This document shows, in pieces, positions 7,841 through 17,696 of a DNA stretch of 64,000 nt. The position numbers were made by a program, and so were the translations under genes. The notes under the pieces were generated by a model. The model was given only the letters and a program-made list of their open reading frames with translations. It had not been told where the DNA came from and ran no database searches. The stretch comes from a virus, in IMG/VR virus record IMGVR_UViG_3300020406_000005, positions 1 through 64,000 of that record, one strand, 5' to 3'. Every line of letters starts with the position of its first letter. Position 1 is the stretch's first letter.

Positions 7841-8023
7841 TTAAACATGCGGTGCTCCATTCGGATGGGTATGTGCCATCACCATCTTTGAAAATTTTAT
7901 ATCGGCTCCATGCTTTTGTTTGAGTTCTTCTACTCTTTTTTTGCAGATCTTTTCTGTTGCGATAATTTCATGGCTGCGATCTTTTCCGATTCGATACCTG
8001 ATTCTGTAAATCTCTTTACTCAT
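7841..8023 (-). CDS. hypothetical protein
   Basis: ORF track; ATGA coupling. Confidence 0.65.
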   Translation of the reverse strand: MSKEIYRIRYRIGKDRSHEIIATEKICKKRVEELKQKHGADIKFSKMVMAHTHPNGAPHV

Positions 8024-8523
8024 CCTGAGATTAACTCGAAATCACGGGCTGGGTAGCTCATTGTAGAGAAGCCATCTGAAGAATTGTACCACTCATCATC
8101 CACAAACTGAAGGTGCATATATTGACCTCTTGCCTTTGTAACTAAGGCTGTCTTGCCTGCGTATCCATGACGCTTTGCTCTTTTATTGTCTGACTTACCG
8201 CGAACTAAGGAACCTGGAGCATACTTAGGAGGCGGTTCCCTGAGTCTGTCAATTAGTTGAGTAGCATTACTCCAATACGTGCCTGGGAAATAATCTGTCA
8301 TCGGATCAGATTCCTGGTCAACTCCCTTGGTATGAAAGCCTGATACTACAAGTTCCGATTCTGGATCTCTCCAATCTGTTGGCTCCACATACCATCGGGC
8401 TACAGTGCCTTCGTATACAAACCACTCTCTGCGTCCGTTGACTCCGTGTTGGTCTGTGATGATTTCCAGATTCTCCGAGCCTAGCCGCTTCTTGAGCTTC
8501 TTGATAAAAGATTTATACTTCAT
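8020..8523 (-). CDS. hypothetical protein with C-terminal SH3-like domain
   Basis: YAPGSLV...FELISG pattern; GAGGT SD. Confidence 0.7.
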   Translation of the reverse strand: MKYKSFIKKLKKRLGSENLEIITDQHGVNGRREWFVYEGTVARWYVEPTDWRDPESELVVSGFHTKGVDQESDPMTDYFPGTYWSNATQLIDRLREPPPKYAPGSLVRGKSDNKRAKRHGYAGKTALVTKARGQYMHLQFVDDEWYNSSDGFSTMSYPARDFELISG

Positions 8524-8670
8524 TAGTGTACCTCGTTATTTGTCGTTGGTTCTAAATATAATTTGATATCGTTGAGTATCTCTGTTAAAAGCTCAGACTT
8601 CTCATGATCTTCACAGTGAACTAAAAATTTTTGGTTTATAAGTGCAACGATGCCGGCTATATGCACAGCT

Positions 8671-8871
8671 TCAACTAAATCTTGTCTTGATGCTGCCATC
8701 AATTACCTCTAAGTCATAATTCCAAATGTTATGGCCGATGGATCCATCGCGCCACAGGACATCAAACACTTGATTGCTGGATGTAACACCACATAATGGG
8801 TGCCACACTTCTTTCATCACAATGCCAATCTTTTCTGAAAAGCAATGTTGGACTAAAGTACCCAACTTCAC
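8671..8871 (-). CDS. SH3-like small protein (MKLGTLV...LEVI)
   Basis: Same pattern as the 16.8-19.8 kb array. Confidence 0.7.
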   Translation of the reverse strand: MKLGTLVQHCFSEKIGIVMKEVWHPLCGVTSSNQVFDVLWRDGSIGHNIWNYDLEVIDGSIKTRFS

Positions 8872-9107
8872 TGAACAAGCCTTATATTCTCTGGGACTGC
8901 TCCATCTGGCGCGTTGGCTAGTAGTCTCGCGTCTAGAGATTCTTCTTCACGGACATACGCGTATATTGCTCGCTTAGAAGGGTCTTTCTGAAAGATAACT
9001 TCAAAAACATCCACCTCTACGTCGTCGTTTTTTACTAGCTTCGACCTGTGTATACAGGCTACTTGTCCACATTCAGACTGGACGATGGCGCCCTTAGAAA
9101 ATTTCAT
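8868..9107 (-). CDS. hypothetical protein
   Basis: ORF track; coupled overlaps. Confidence 0.65.
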   Translation of the reverse strand: MKFSKGAIVQSECGQVACIHRSKLVKNDDVEVDVFEVIFQKDPSKRAIYAYVREEESLDARLLANAPDGAVPENIRLVQ

Positions 9108-9454
9108 ATCTCGACACTCCTGTTCACATACAGGTCGAACTCAAATGGGGCACCCTTTTGTTCTATATCCCCGTAATCTTCACCGATGCGGATAAAGCCA
9201 AAAGAATCGTAACTTAGACCCTGCATCTCAGCGTTCTCAACAAACTGCATGATTCTCTCCATTGTATCAATTTCTGGATATCCTTCGTACCATTTTACCC
9301 AGTCCCATCGCCATCTTCCTTGTTCTTTGTCGTGGGTTAGGTCGTCTCCGTCATTTATAAGTTGGCGTAGGTCTTTATTCCACTCTGATACGGTTTTAAT
9401 AATTTCTTTCACTATTGGGTCGCATGCAAAACCGACTTCACTTCTATACCCCAT
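9104..9454 (-). CDS. conserved-looking phage protein (MGYRSEV...KWY...FIRIGED)
   Basis: ORF track; coupled overlaps. Confidence 0.75.
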   Translation of the reverse strand: MGYRSEVGFACDPIVKEIIKTVSEWNKDLRQLINDGDDLTHDKEQGRWRWDWVKWYEGYPEIDTMERIMQFVENAEMQGLSYDSFGFIRIGEDYGDIEQKGAPFEFDLYVNRSVEI

Positions 9455-9633
9455 TACTTACAACTCCTACAAACATGACCGCCAAACTCTGGCTTCTTTA
9501 CATTGGGAAAATACTCGTGACAGTAAATGCACTCAACACCGTAAAGGTTCACGCCTGCATAATGTCCGCTGTCACGTTCAAAGCGAAGGCGATTCGACCT
9601 CGCAACAAATCTCATTCTTGCTTTACCTGCCAT
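9454..9633 (-). CDS. 59-aa Zn-ribbon-like protein (CxxC...CxxC)
   Basis: Hand translation MAGKARMR...ECIYC...VCRSCK; promoter TTGACT-17-TATACT at 9668-9696. Confidence 0.6.
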   Translation of the reverse strand: MAGKARMRFVARSNRLRFERDSGHYAGVNLYGVECIYCHEYFPNVKKPEFGGHVCRSCK

Positions 9634-9809
9634 AGAAAAAGCCTTTCTTGATTGTTTCTACTCTTATAGTATAGCAGCTAAACTACTGAAAGTCAAGAAC
9701 TTTTATTTAAAAGCCCACAATAAAATTGCAGAACAAAGAACCACCGTGGTGCCCACTACGATGTACTCAATAATTCCTGCTGTCTGCATGTACAACAACC
9801 CTGCTTCAC

Positions 9810-10085
9810 TCACTGGATCTCCTCACCTTCTCTAAAAATTTTGAATGTGCTTCTAAGGTTGTGAATGTTCATAGCTGAATATCCGTACTCCGAACTGTAA
9901 CTATCTGGCGGCTCACCTTGCCAAGTTATAAGGACATTTTGCTTTTGTCGGTAGCCAGTGTCATAACAATACTCAGTCACCTGATTAACGATCCCCATAA
10001 ATACTTTAGTTGTGGATGGATAAGCGATGATGAGGTCTCCAACTTCGGGATACCTGTCTCTATTTTTTCTTGCGGTATGCGACAT
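9810..10085 (-). CDS. SH3-like protein (PEVGDLI)
   Basis: ORF track; motif. Confidence 0.65.
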   Translation of the reverse strand: MSHTARKNRDRYPEVGDLIIAYPSTTKVFMGIVNQVTEYCYDTGYRQKQNVLITWQGEPPDSYSSEYGYSAMNIHNLRSTFKIFREGEEIQ

Positions 10086-10273
10086 TAACTTTTACAAACC
10101 TCAAAGCAACTTTCAAAAACCCAATAATGACACTCGTCTATGCAACCATCGTCCATCTCATAACAAAGCATCTCCTTATCTTGTTCACAGACCATAACTT
10201 TTTGGCAATCATCTTCTGAGATTGGGCAACCTGTGAGCAGCAAAGCGAATGAAAAAATAATACAACTTTTCAA
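10085..10273 (-). CDS. small Cys-rich lipoprotein-like protein
   Basis: Signal peptide with LLTGC lipobox; many Cys. Confidence 0.6.
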   Translation of the reverse strand: MKSCIIFSFALLLTGCPISEDDCQKVMVCEQDKEMLCYEMDDGCIDECHYWVFESCFEVCKS

Positions 10274-10470
10274 CGTCCAACGCTCCTAGCAGCTTGTACA
10301 GAACCAACGTATTGATACGCACCTTTGTTGTAGGCAGGCGCAGAACACTTTGCTTTCCTAGCTTTTTCGAGCCTAGCGTTAGCTGCACCGCACTCCAAGC
10401 ATGTCCTGTAACCTAGTTCTCTTCTCTTTGGATTATATTCTTCCCAGCACTCGACACAGATGGCAACCAT
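10270..10470 (-). CDS. Zn-finger protein (CxxC...CxxC, NKGAY motif)
   Basis: Motif; AAGGAG SD. Confidence 0.7.
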   Translation of the reverse strand: MVAICVECWEEYNPKRRELGYRTCLECGAANARLEKARKAKCSAPAYNKGAYQYVGSVQAARSVGR

Positions 10471-10504
10471 CTCAATACTCCTTGATTGTTATAATATAAT
10501 TATA

Positions 10505-10840
10505 TCAGGTATTTACGTCTGGGTCAAGTGAATTTTTCCATGGTCCCTTCAAAATTTTTGATTGCAAAATGTCATCTTCAATTTCCTGAAGTCTCTTCAT
10601 ATAATCTTCTGATAAAGTCCATTTTGTAGAAGCTGTTTCAGAGTCGAAATGTCCTATGACTTTACCCTCTGCGACAAGAGCAAATAAAGAGCATAAGTGT
10701 ATACTAGCCTTTGGGTCATCAAAAATACCACTATGGTATGATTCAATAATTGCTCTCAGGATATTGACGCCCTGTGTCATTACTTTTCTTCTGACAAACT
10801 TTTCATCTAAAATTTCATTATCCATGTACCTTACCTCCAA
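10505..10840 (-). CDS. hypothetical protein
   Basis: ORF track (true start probably MDNEI after GGAGGT). Confidence 0.7.
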   Translation of the reverse strand: MEVRYMDNEILDEKFVRRKVMTQGVNILRAIIESYHSGIFDDPKASIHLCSLFALVAEGKVIGHFDSETASTKWTLSEDYMKRLQEIEDDILQSKILKGPWKNSLDPDVNT

Positions 10841-11061
10841 AATGTGACGTATTCGCCAAAATGCTGATCAAGTGTGTGTACTAAACCATCATAATTGGTT
10901 AGTTTCATAACATCTTGAATGGCTTTAATTTTACTTTCAGAGTACCCAAGTTGACGCCCCCACATTCTTGCGTATCCTAGCAAAACAAAAGCATTGCCTT
11001 CTGGACCTGTGAGGTCAAGTTCTAGTTTTTTCATGGGCTTTTCAGATTTGCAACGAATCAC
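10831..11061 (-). CDS. conserved-looking phage protein (LTGPEGNAF motif)
   Basis: GGAGGA SD; motif. Confidence 0.75.
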   Translation of the reverse strand: MIRCKSEKPMKKLELDLTGPEGNAFVLLGYARMWGRQLGYSESKIKAIQDVMKLTNYDGLVHTLDQHFGEYVTFWR

Positions 11062-11135
11062 TTATCCTCCTCCCGTGATAATAGAAAATAATGCCTTAAT
11101 TGACATTATCAACATTACCAGTATAACAATAGTCA

Positions 11136-11351
11136 TCATAAATGTCCAGTAAAATTTTTGTTTTTTTCTTCTCTAAGTTTTGTCCATCTTTTCCTAGGGA
11201 ACCAGCAAATGTTTCCAGAATTATCCAGCACCAATAGGTCCTTGAGAGACTCCGAAACTTGCAACACTATACCCCAAGATAAAAGCTCTTCGTATGTCTC
11301 AGTGTTCGTTAAATAACAGGCGACAAGATCGCCTTCTTTGAGTGCAACCAT
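11136..11351 (-). CDS. SH3-like protein (LKEGDLV)
   Basis: ORF track; motif. Confidence 0.65.
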   Translation of the reverse strand: MVALKEGDLVACYLTNTETYEELLSWGIVLQVSESLKDLLVLDNSGNICWFPRKRWTKLREEKNKNFTGHL

Positions 11352-11374
11352 ATAATAATTATGTTCGCATCAAT

Positions 11375-11657
11375 AAAAAATTTGGGATCTTGGGTCAGGC
11401 TGTCCTCACCGCCTTGACTTTCGCCAGCCTATGTCTTATTTTATTTTCTTTCACTCCCCTGGTTGTCCCTGCTTCTGTCACTCGGGCATTCAACCAAGTT
11501 TGTACTTGGACGCGGTTATAGACAATCGCGCCTTATCCTATAATAGTATCCAAGTCCCACCAGTTGCCTCATCTTGCCACCTATCTTTCGATGCTCGTAA
11601 GCACATATGGAAAGCGAGGATTGACCAACCGGCACCGACACATATACGTGTCGGATT
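11375..11657 (-). ncRNA. candidate structured non-coding RNA
   Basis: No credible minus-strand ORF; nested stems and GAAA/UACG-capped hairpins; ends in a U-tract. Confidence 0.5.
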
Positions 11658-12995
11658 TTAATCTATAACAACTACTCTCTCCTTGGTGGAAAAGTAAGCA
11701 CTAGCATACTCTTTTGTGGTCATCCACATTCTCTGGCACTTGCTGGCCTTTGGCTTCGGTGCACACATATCAGTAAGTACAATGTGTCCATCAAAATTTT
11801 TGTCGTTTACATATTCAGTCGGGGCATTGAAACAAGTGCCGCCGGTGAGCACTCGTTCAGGAGTTCTTGCTGAGTTCTTTGACCAAACAAAAACCTTATC
11901 CTCATCAACTCGGGTGTCAAATGGCACTACCGTAAACTCTGCAATTTCTGCCAGCTTGTTAAGCTCCGCGAAAAATAAAGCTAACATTGAATCACTCACT
12001 GACCCTGATTGGTCGATTGAAATAGCGATCTTGGCAACCCTGCTCGATTTTCTGCCAGGGTGGACATACGGATATCTGCGATTGATCCTCTTGATTGAAG
12101 AGCTTCTGTTTGCCTTCTGAGAAGATTTGATAAAATATCTTAGCACCTTTCTCCAATCGACCCTTGTCTCTAGGAGCTTCATCACTTTCTTCCTTGTCTC
12201 AGAAGAGACACTGCCCCACCTGTTGGAGGCACTAGCCTCATTGGCTGCCTTGCGTACAACCTCTTTCAATCTCTCTTTCGCAATCTCCTTCACTTCCTGT
12301 GAGCAGTTTCCCCAACCTGAGTGGTCATCAATAGAATCTGGAATTTCTGGTAATTCCTGATCGCCAGAGCCTGTCCCAGGGCTTTTATTCTCTTCAGAAT
12401 CAGAATCTGATTTGGGACCTGTGTCAGCTTCAGAGCCGCCGTTGCCATCTTCGGGGTCATTCTGAGGATTGGGAGAGTCTTCCCCGCTGGACCCGGTGTC
12501 TCCCTCTTGAGAGGGGCCAGAACCAGACTTAGATTGTCCTGCAAATTTTGGCATGTTTGCAAGATACCACTCCGCAGACTTACCAGAAGGTAAGTTTTCA
12601 AATGGCGTGCCTTTCTCTCCAGGGATTAAGCCACCCTTTGGCAAGTTACGCAAATGAGAGTTAATCGCTAAGTCTGTCGCGATATTCCACAACTTCATGT
12701 TGATATCTTCTGGCATTCGACCTGTGACGTGCTCAAATATAACATGATAAAATTCATGCTTTAAGATATCTGATCTCTCCAAATCGCTTAGAGTGTCAAA
12801 AAATTTTGGATTGTACAGCATTTCAAATTGAGCCGTATCGGGATTAACCATAACGCCCGCGGTTGGAATCGCATAGCTGGCGCGCTTGTCAATTCTTCGG
12901 GAAATCGCCGCAAAGAAAGGCTCATCCATGAGCAGTCTCGCGGTGTTCATATTGAGGTCAAACTCCCTCTCTTCTTTCTTTGCGAGATCAGACAT
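11658..12995 (-). CDS. metallopeptidase-like (HExxH) + vWA domain protein (DUF2201-type)
   Basis: HEFYH, NIATDLAIN, low-complexity linker, DQSGS MIDAS, GGT, LTD. Confidence 0.85.
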   Translation of the reverse strand: MSDLAKKEEREFDLNMNTARLLMDEPFFAAISRRIDKRASYAIPTAGVMVNPDTAQFEMLYNPKFFDTLSDLERSDILKHEFYHVIFEHVTGRMPEDINMKLWNIATDLAINSHLRNLPKGGLIPGEKGTPFENLPSGKSAEWYLANMPKFAGQSKSGSGPSQEGDTGSSGEDSPNPQNDPEDGNGGSEADTGPKSDSDSEENKSPGTGSGDQELPEIPDSIDDHSGWGNCSQEVKEIAKERLKEVVRKAANEASASNRWGSVSSETRKKVMKLLETRVDWRKVLRYFIKSSQKANRSSSIKRINRRYPYVHPGRKSSRVAKIAISIDQSGSVSDSMLALFFAELNKLAEIAEFTVVPFDTRVDEDKVFVWSKNSARTPERVLTGGTCFNAPTEYVNDKNFDGHIVLTDMCAPKPKASKCQRMWMTTKEYASAYFSTKERVVVID

Positions 12996-12999
12996 TTTA

Positions 13000-14061
13000 T
13001 TACTCCGACTCCTTACCGTTGATTAGTAGAACAAAGTGCTTTGAAACAGACTGTCCGTCAACCTCTGACTTGTGTAGCTTCACAGTGTTGTTAACGTCAC
13101 CCTTGCCCATAACTGTCCACAATTTCATTGCAACTTCGGACGGCAACATGATGAAGTATCTTGCCAAGTTGTCAATCAAATCTTGACTAAGCTCGTTACC
13201 GAATGTCTCTTCCGCTTCAAACTTATCAATGATTGCAGTGTGATCATTGATCCCAAAGTCTGCAACCTTGGCGAAGTTACCATGAACCAGAATATCTTCA
13301 GTTGTTACTTGCCTATCATAGTTGGCTATGAAGTCGTTGAAGGCGACAGCGGCCTCAAAGCCAACAAATGCAGCGGTCAAGTTGTACAGAGTGGGACTTG
13401 ACTCGTCTAAAAGCCGACCCTTCTGCAGGCACTCGTCGAGTCTTTCCCAAGATCTTCGAGAGGGATAAACTTTGTTTGGCTCAAAATCATCAGAATGCTC
13501 TAGGTGCAATCTGTTCTGATTGATAAAATTCCAGACTTCACTAGAAATTTTTGAATCAGTAGCCCAAGACAACCAGTCCTCAACACTAGGCTCGATATCA
13601 AAAACGGTCCACCTGTCAAGCTCGGCAGGATCCATTTCACCGACTTGATATTGTGATCCGTGCTCGCCACCATTCACTGCGGCAAAGATCAACGTGTCAG
13701 GGTGCAAAGTGTGACCATTCAGCTTGCGACTGTCTGTAAGCTCAAAGATGCCCTGCCTAACTTCAAGAGTAGCACGATCAACCTCGTCGAGGAACAGCAC
13801 CACTGGCTTGTCACAAGCAGTCTTAAACCAGTCGGGAGGGTTAAACTTAGTAGAGTTTGCCTTAATTGAAGGCAGGCCCACCAAGTCACCTTCTGTCATT
13901 TGTGAGGCGCGGCGTTCAACAACATCCAACCCATGTTGGTCTGCGTACTGGTATACCACGGTTGACTTACCGATACCATGACGACCTCGCAAAAGAACAG
14001 GCTTACGCACTGCGGTTACGTGATCAACAATTTGCGAAAAAGTAGCGAAATCAACAGCCAT
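13000..14061 (-). CDS. MoxR-like AAA+ ATPase
   Basis: Walker A GRHGIGKS, DLVGLP, Walker B LFLDEVDR, DPAELDR, PSRRSW. Confidence 0.88.
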   Translation of the reverse strand: MAVDFATFSQIVDHVTAVRKPVLLRGRHGIGKSTVVYQYADQHGLDVVERRASQMTEGDLVGLPSIKANSTKFNPPDWFKTACDKPVVLFLDEVDRATLEVRQGIFELTDSRKLNGHTLHPDTLIFAAVNGGEHGSQYQVGEMDPAELDRWTVFDIEPSVEDWLSWATDSKISSEVWNFINQNRLHLEHSDDFEPNKVYPSRRSWERLDECLQKGRLLDESSPTLYNLTAAFVGFEAAVAFNDFIANYDRQVTTEDILVHGNFAKVADFGINDHTAIIDKFEAEETFGNELSQDLIDNLARYFIMLPSEVAMKLWTVMGKGDVNNTVKLHKSEVDGQSVSKHFVLLINGKESE

Positions 14062-14166
14062 CTGAAATCTCCTTATGTTTGTTTGCTGTTAAGTTGTTCT
14101 ATGTATAAATAGTTTATCAAACTACATATAATTTGTCAAGTTGTTTTAATAAAATTTTATTGTTCT

Positions 14167-14745
14167 TTATGCGGAAATTTGTGCAAGTTTTGTCAACGCG
14201 AAATTCCGGAGCCTCTCATCTGTACAAGATGCTGACAATTTTACTATAATTTCTTTGGGTGTATTCCTGTACTCGATTAATCGCTGGATTAAGCTCGATC
14301 GCTCCCAGCCTGATAGTTTATCAATAGACTCATACAAGCCCTCCATAACAAAATTTGGAGTCTGTACGGCTCCTTTATGTTGTTCCCAAAAGCCGTGAGT
14401 CCAATATCGGGTGCCAGACAAGAAAACCTTCTGGAGGCGCCAGGGTGATCGTCGCAGCATTTTATCTGAAAAATTGTTCCAAAGAAACCCAATGTTTTCA
14501 TATTCAAGGCGCGGGGTATCGGAATAGTGCCCATACGCAATTAAATCACCCTTCATAACATAGCCAGGATGATCCCAGAGAATGTCTCTAGCCTTCTTGG
14601 AAAGGCCCTTATTGCAGCATAAATACTCTTTGGCCCTGCGATAGTGATGCTTCGCTATCTCAACTTGTATTTTCTCGGAAGTAAATCTATTTTTCGCAAG
14701 GCCAATCAGTTCACTGTTGGTCATGTACTTGACGTTTTCGTGCAT
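14167..14745 (-). CDS. hypothetical helical-repeat protein
   Basis: ORF track; promoter TTGACA-17-TATAGT at 14779-14807. Confidence 0.7.
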   Translation of the reverse strand: MHENVKYMTNSELIGLAKNRFTSEKIQVEIAKHHYRRAKEYLCCNKGLSKKARDILWDHPGYVMKGDLIAYGHYSDTPRLEYENIGFLWNNFSDKMLRRSPWRLQKVFLSGTRYWTHGFWEQHKGAVQTPNFVMEGLYESIDKLSGWERSSLIQRLIEYRNTPKEIIVKLSASCTDERLRNFALTKLAQISA

Positions 14746-14803
14746 ATTAAATTTCCTTTCATTTTTTTGTATATATATACTATAACAGAATCATTAAAAA
14801 TTG

Positions 14804-15040
14804 TCAAGAGTTTTTTGATAATAATTTCAACCACTTAGTTCTTATCCATCTTGCGTCATTTGGCAAGTCAGAATTTAACAGCAGAACTTTGCAGTGGTAT
14901 TCATCTGGATGGAAATGCCGGTCAGTGTCATAGTTGGGGTTTATCGCTTTCCTTTCCATAACAAGTCCAGTGAGTGACATCTTGCCAACTTCATATTCAA
15001 CTAGATCACCGACATCAATTTTTTGCCTTACACTTTTCAT
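14804..15040 (-). CDS. SH3-like protein (IDVGDLV)
   Basis: Motif. Confidence 0.7.
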   Translation of the reverse strand: MKSVRQKIDVGDLVEYEVGKMSLTGLVMERKAINPNYDTDRHFHPDEYHCKVLLLNSDLPNDARWIRTKWLKLLSKNS

Positions 15041-15048
15041 GCTTTCTT

Positions 15049-15324
15049 TTACTGCTTCCGGCGACGGCTAGTCCCTCCGCTGTAACTGATGTGGATGAGA
15101 CCTTCTCTCACAGCCTTGACAATTTTGTCTTTTTTTATCTTGTTGTCTCTTGATATATAGGCGCAGCCGCCAGTTCTTGGACCAGCGCAAATTGCATAAT
15201 ATACATATTTCGGTGTTACCTTATAAATAACTCCCGTGATTGAAGTCCTATCTTGATTGGTTGTTCTGTGGTTGTCATCGTGATAAAGCATATCGCCCAC
15301 TCTAAAATTGTATATTTCCATCAA
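15049..15324 (-). CDS. SH3-like protein (FRVGDML)
   Basis: Motif. Confidence 0.65.
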   Translation of the reverse strand: MMEIYNFRVGDMLYHDDNHRTTNQDRTSITGVIYKVTPKYVYYAICAGPRTGGCAYISRDNKIKKDKIVKAVREGLIHISYSGGTSRRRKQ

Positions 15325-15526
15325 TTTTCCTCAACATTGTGTTTGGCATATCTAGTATTTTTGTATGACTTTGAGAAGATAAGAATACTCTACTCCAATT
15401 ATCACCTACTGTTTTCAGTATAACAGCTTTTGGATAAAATTTCAAGCTATCAGGTCTCATAAAATGATCAGCATCAGCAACCACAACAACGTAATCACCA
15501 ACCTCAAGTTGAGATTCATCAGTCAT
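15302..15526 (-). CDS. SH3-like protein (LEVGDYV)
   Basis: Motif. Confidence 0.65.
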   Translation of the reverse strand: MTDESQLEVGDYVVVVADADHFMRPDSLKFYPKAVILKTVGDNWSRVFLSSQSHTKILDMPNTMLRKIDGNIQF

Positions 15527-15947
15527 AATAGTCGTCTATCCCGTCAAAAATGTCAAACCAGCCTATCCCAGAGCCTGAGCCGCTGTACGGACTATCACCA
15601 GGTGCATCTTGTGAAAAGATTTTAGATTTTTTTATTTTTTTTAAAGAAGAAAATTTTATTTTTGAATCATGCTTTTCTAATACACCCTCTACTTGAGCTG
15701 GCAAATAACTTGGATCCCCGTCTTGATATACCCGCAAGCGCTCGCCTTTGTCTAGGTACAAGGTCGGGTCACAAGATTTTATGATCGCATGCTCTATTAC
15801 TTCTCTGGCTTTTAGCATTTTGAAGTTAGTCTTCATGCGACCTTCGATGATATTGGTCACTGGAACTCTGAATCTTCCACTGCTGTTTGCTTTAACGACA
15901 ACCCTTTCACCCTTGTGGAGAAATGATATAGCTTTAATCGTATTCAT
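15519..15947 (-). CDS. hypothetical protein
   Basis: ORF track; coupled overlaps. Confidence 0.7.
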   Translation of the reverse strand: MNTIKAISFLHKGERVVVKANSSGRFRVPVTNIIEGRMKTNFKMLKAREVIEHAIIKSCDPTLYLDKGERLRVYQDGDPSYLPAQVEGVLEKHDSKIKFSSLKKIKKSKIFSQDAPGDSPYSGSGSGIGWFDIFDGIDDYYD

Positions 15948-16621
15948 TTTTTTAGCCCCCTTACTTTTTTGAGGTCCGATTCATGCGCAAAAATTGGCGA
16001 TGCCTCATCAATAACTAGAACCTTATAGATCCTAGCTCCCTTTGCAGCGCGAGTAATTGGCAAAGCATCGACCTGAAGTATCATACAGACCTTATTTCTA
16101 ACTCCGAGACGAGCGGATCTATTTGCATAAGATCCCGGATCTCGATTTTTATTAGCAATATCTACCCTGTTGTTGGCCCTGATCTGTGCCATTTGCCCTA
16201 CAGAAAATTTTTTTGGTTCATCGTATGCTGCTAATATTTTTTTAGCGTACTTGTTGTTGCACATTTTATTATACTCTGAGTATTCCAAAACATGATTTTC
16301 TGGACTGTTCAAAACCTTGTCTACAATGTTCCCATAATATCTGGGATACTGAACATCATAATACCTAGCGCAACGTAATGCTATTAGCCTGTGGTCGTCG
16401 GAATAATTATCTCTGAAATTCCTTTTGTCTATCAGGGCCGATGCGCTGTATTTACTCACTAATCTCTTTAGATGAAAAACTTGACTCTCTGACAGTGAAG
16501 ATCCTCTTTCTTTTTTGTTATTATGTTGCCACAATAAAGATAAGAAAAATTGCCCATCGCCGGGCGCCAGTTCCTCTCTTACGGATTCCAAATAATCTAG
16601 CATCTCTTGGGCGGTGCTCAC
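15944..16621 (-). CDS. hypothetical protein with C-terminal SH3-like domain
   Basis: FSVGQM...HESDLKK pattern. Confidence 0.75.
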   Translation of the reverse strand: MSTAQEMLDYLESVREELAPGDGQFFLSLLWQHNNKKERGSSLSESQVFHLKRLVSKYSASALIDKRNFRDNYSDDHRLIALRCARYYDVQYPRYYGNIVDKVLNSPENHVLEYSEYNKMCNNKYAKKILAAYDEPKKFSVGQMAQIRANNRVDIANKNRDPGSYANRSARLGVRNKVCMILQVDALPITRAAKGARIYKVLVIDEASPIFAHESDLKKVRGLKK

Positions 16622-16830
16622 AGTTCAACTATCCTATCTTTTAAAGTGTAAGTCACGGAATCGTTACCTAATAGGAAAATCTTTACTAGGCACGACGTAT
16701 ACTCGGGTATGCCGTGGCCATCATCAAAAATGAGATCGTCAGGGTCAAGAGACCCCAAGTAAACAGCTTTGATAGGCTTAAGTTCTTTAGCGCTTTTCAC
16801 ACCAACAATTGAACCAACTTCAAATTTCAT
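16618..16830 (-). CDS. SH3-like protein (FEVGSIV)
   Basis: Motif; coupled overlaps. Confidence 0.7.
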   Translation of the reverse strand: MKFEVGSIVGVKSAKELKPIKAVYLGSLDPDDLIFDDGHGIPEYTSCLVKIFLLGNDSVTYTLKDRIVEL

Positions 16831-17081
16831 TTCTTTTCCTTTACAAATTTTAAATCTCTACGCTCAAAAGTGATGCACCAGTCCCAATAAGCGCCACGGG
16901 TACTATAATTCCTTGCACCGGGGCCACTGTAACTTCCCTTTTGAGAATTGCACCACAAAATTCTATAACTATCGTATGGATGTTCAGACTTAATGATCCC
17001 TATGTCTCCATCGCGGACCCAGCCCGTTCTCTTAACTTTTTTACCATACGCAGAGAGCGTAACTAAATCTCCAACTTTCAT
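16827..17081 (-). CDS. MKVGDLV-family SH3-like protein
   Basis: Array member. Confidence 0.8.
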   Translation of the reverse strand: MKVGDLVTLSAYGKKVKRTGWVRDGDIGIIKSEHPYDSYRILWCNSQKGSYSGPGARNYSTRGAYWDWCITFERRDLKFVKEKK

Positions 17082-17084
17082 ATC

Positions 17085-17312
17085 TTATGCTCCGCAACAA
17101 TCTTCATACCATGTTTGACCATAGTGGTATGTTGGCCCTGTGTCGCCCTGCCAAAGTATTGATTTGCCACCAAGACAGGGGCCATGTATTGACTGGTTAT
17201 AGCAACCAGGATCTTGATGCATCTTGACTAAAACTCCAACTTGCTTAGTACCGTCTTCTCTTTTTCTATAAAGAGTCATACCAAGTTTAAAAGGTCCGCT
17301 TTCTTTAATCAT
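17085..17312 (-). CDS. SH3-like protein (FKLGMTL)
   Basis: Array member, divergent. Confidence 0.65.
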   Translation of the reverse strand: MIKESGPFKLGMTLYRKREDGTKQVGVLVKMHQDPGCYNQSIHGPCLGGKSILWQGDTGPTYHYGQTWYEDCCGA

Positions 17313-17509
17313 TTTATTACCTCAATAGTATTTGGTTTCTGAGCCATGAGATCTCCGTTCTGCCAAAAAACGAAGAACATATATGGTGTTTGTTCTATAA
17401 CAATACCACATTTTCTAACATTTGTCAAGTCTTCCACTGATGGATGTGTGCAGAATTTATTATATACTTCTTCAACCTCTGTCCACTTTACAATATCACC
17501 GACTTTCAC
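17309..17509 (-). CDS. MKVGDLV-family SH3-like protein
   Basis: GTG start inside the junction repeat. Confidence 0.8.
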   Translation of the reverse strand: MKVGDIVKWTEVEEVYNKFCTHPSVEDLTNVRKCGIVIEQTPYMFFVFWQNGDLMAQKPNTIEVIK

Positions 17510-17696
17510 TGATTACCTCCGCTTGTGATTCCCATAGTGGACCTATCAAAGTGGGATGCGTTGGAGAGTACGTGCCCCACAAGACTTTGAACAATCTCAT
17601 GCGAACGGGAGATGACGGCGGGCGAGGAAGTTCTACCAAGACAACACCAGTTCTTTCCATCCCCCAATTCTCTTTTACCAAGTCACCGACTTTCAT
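17496..17696 (-). CDS. MKVGDLV-family SH3-like protein
   Basis: Ends EVISESR. Confidence 0.8.
   Translation of the reverse strand: MKVGDLVKENWGMERTGVVLVELPRPPSSPVRMRLFKVLWGTYSPTHPTLIGPLWESQAEVISESR

Noticed and set aside
11658-14061. MoxR AAA+ / vWA-peptidase pair as a novel system
   Set aside because: This pairing is already well known in bacteria and large phages.
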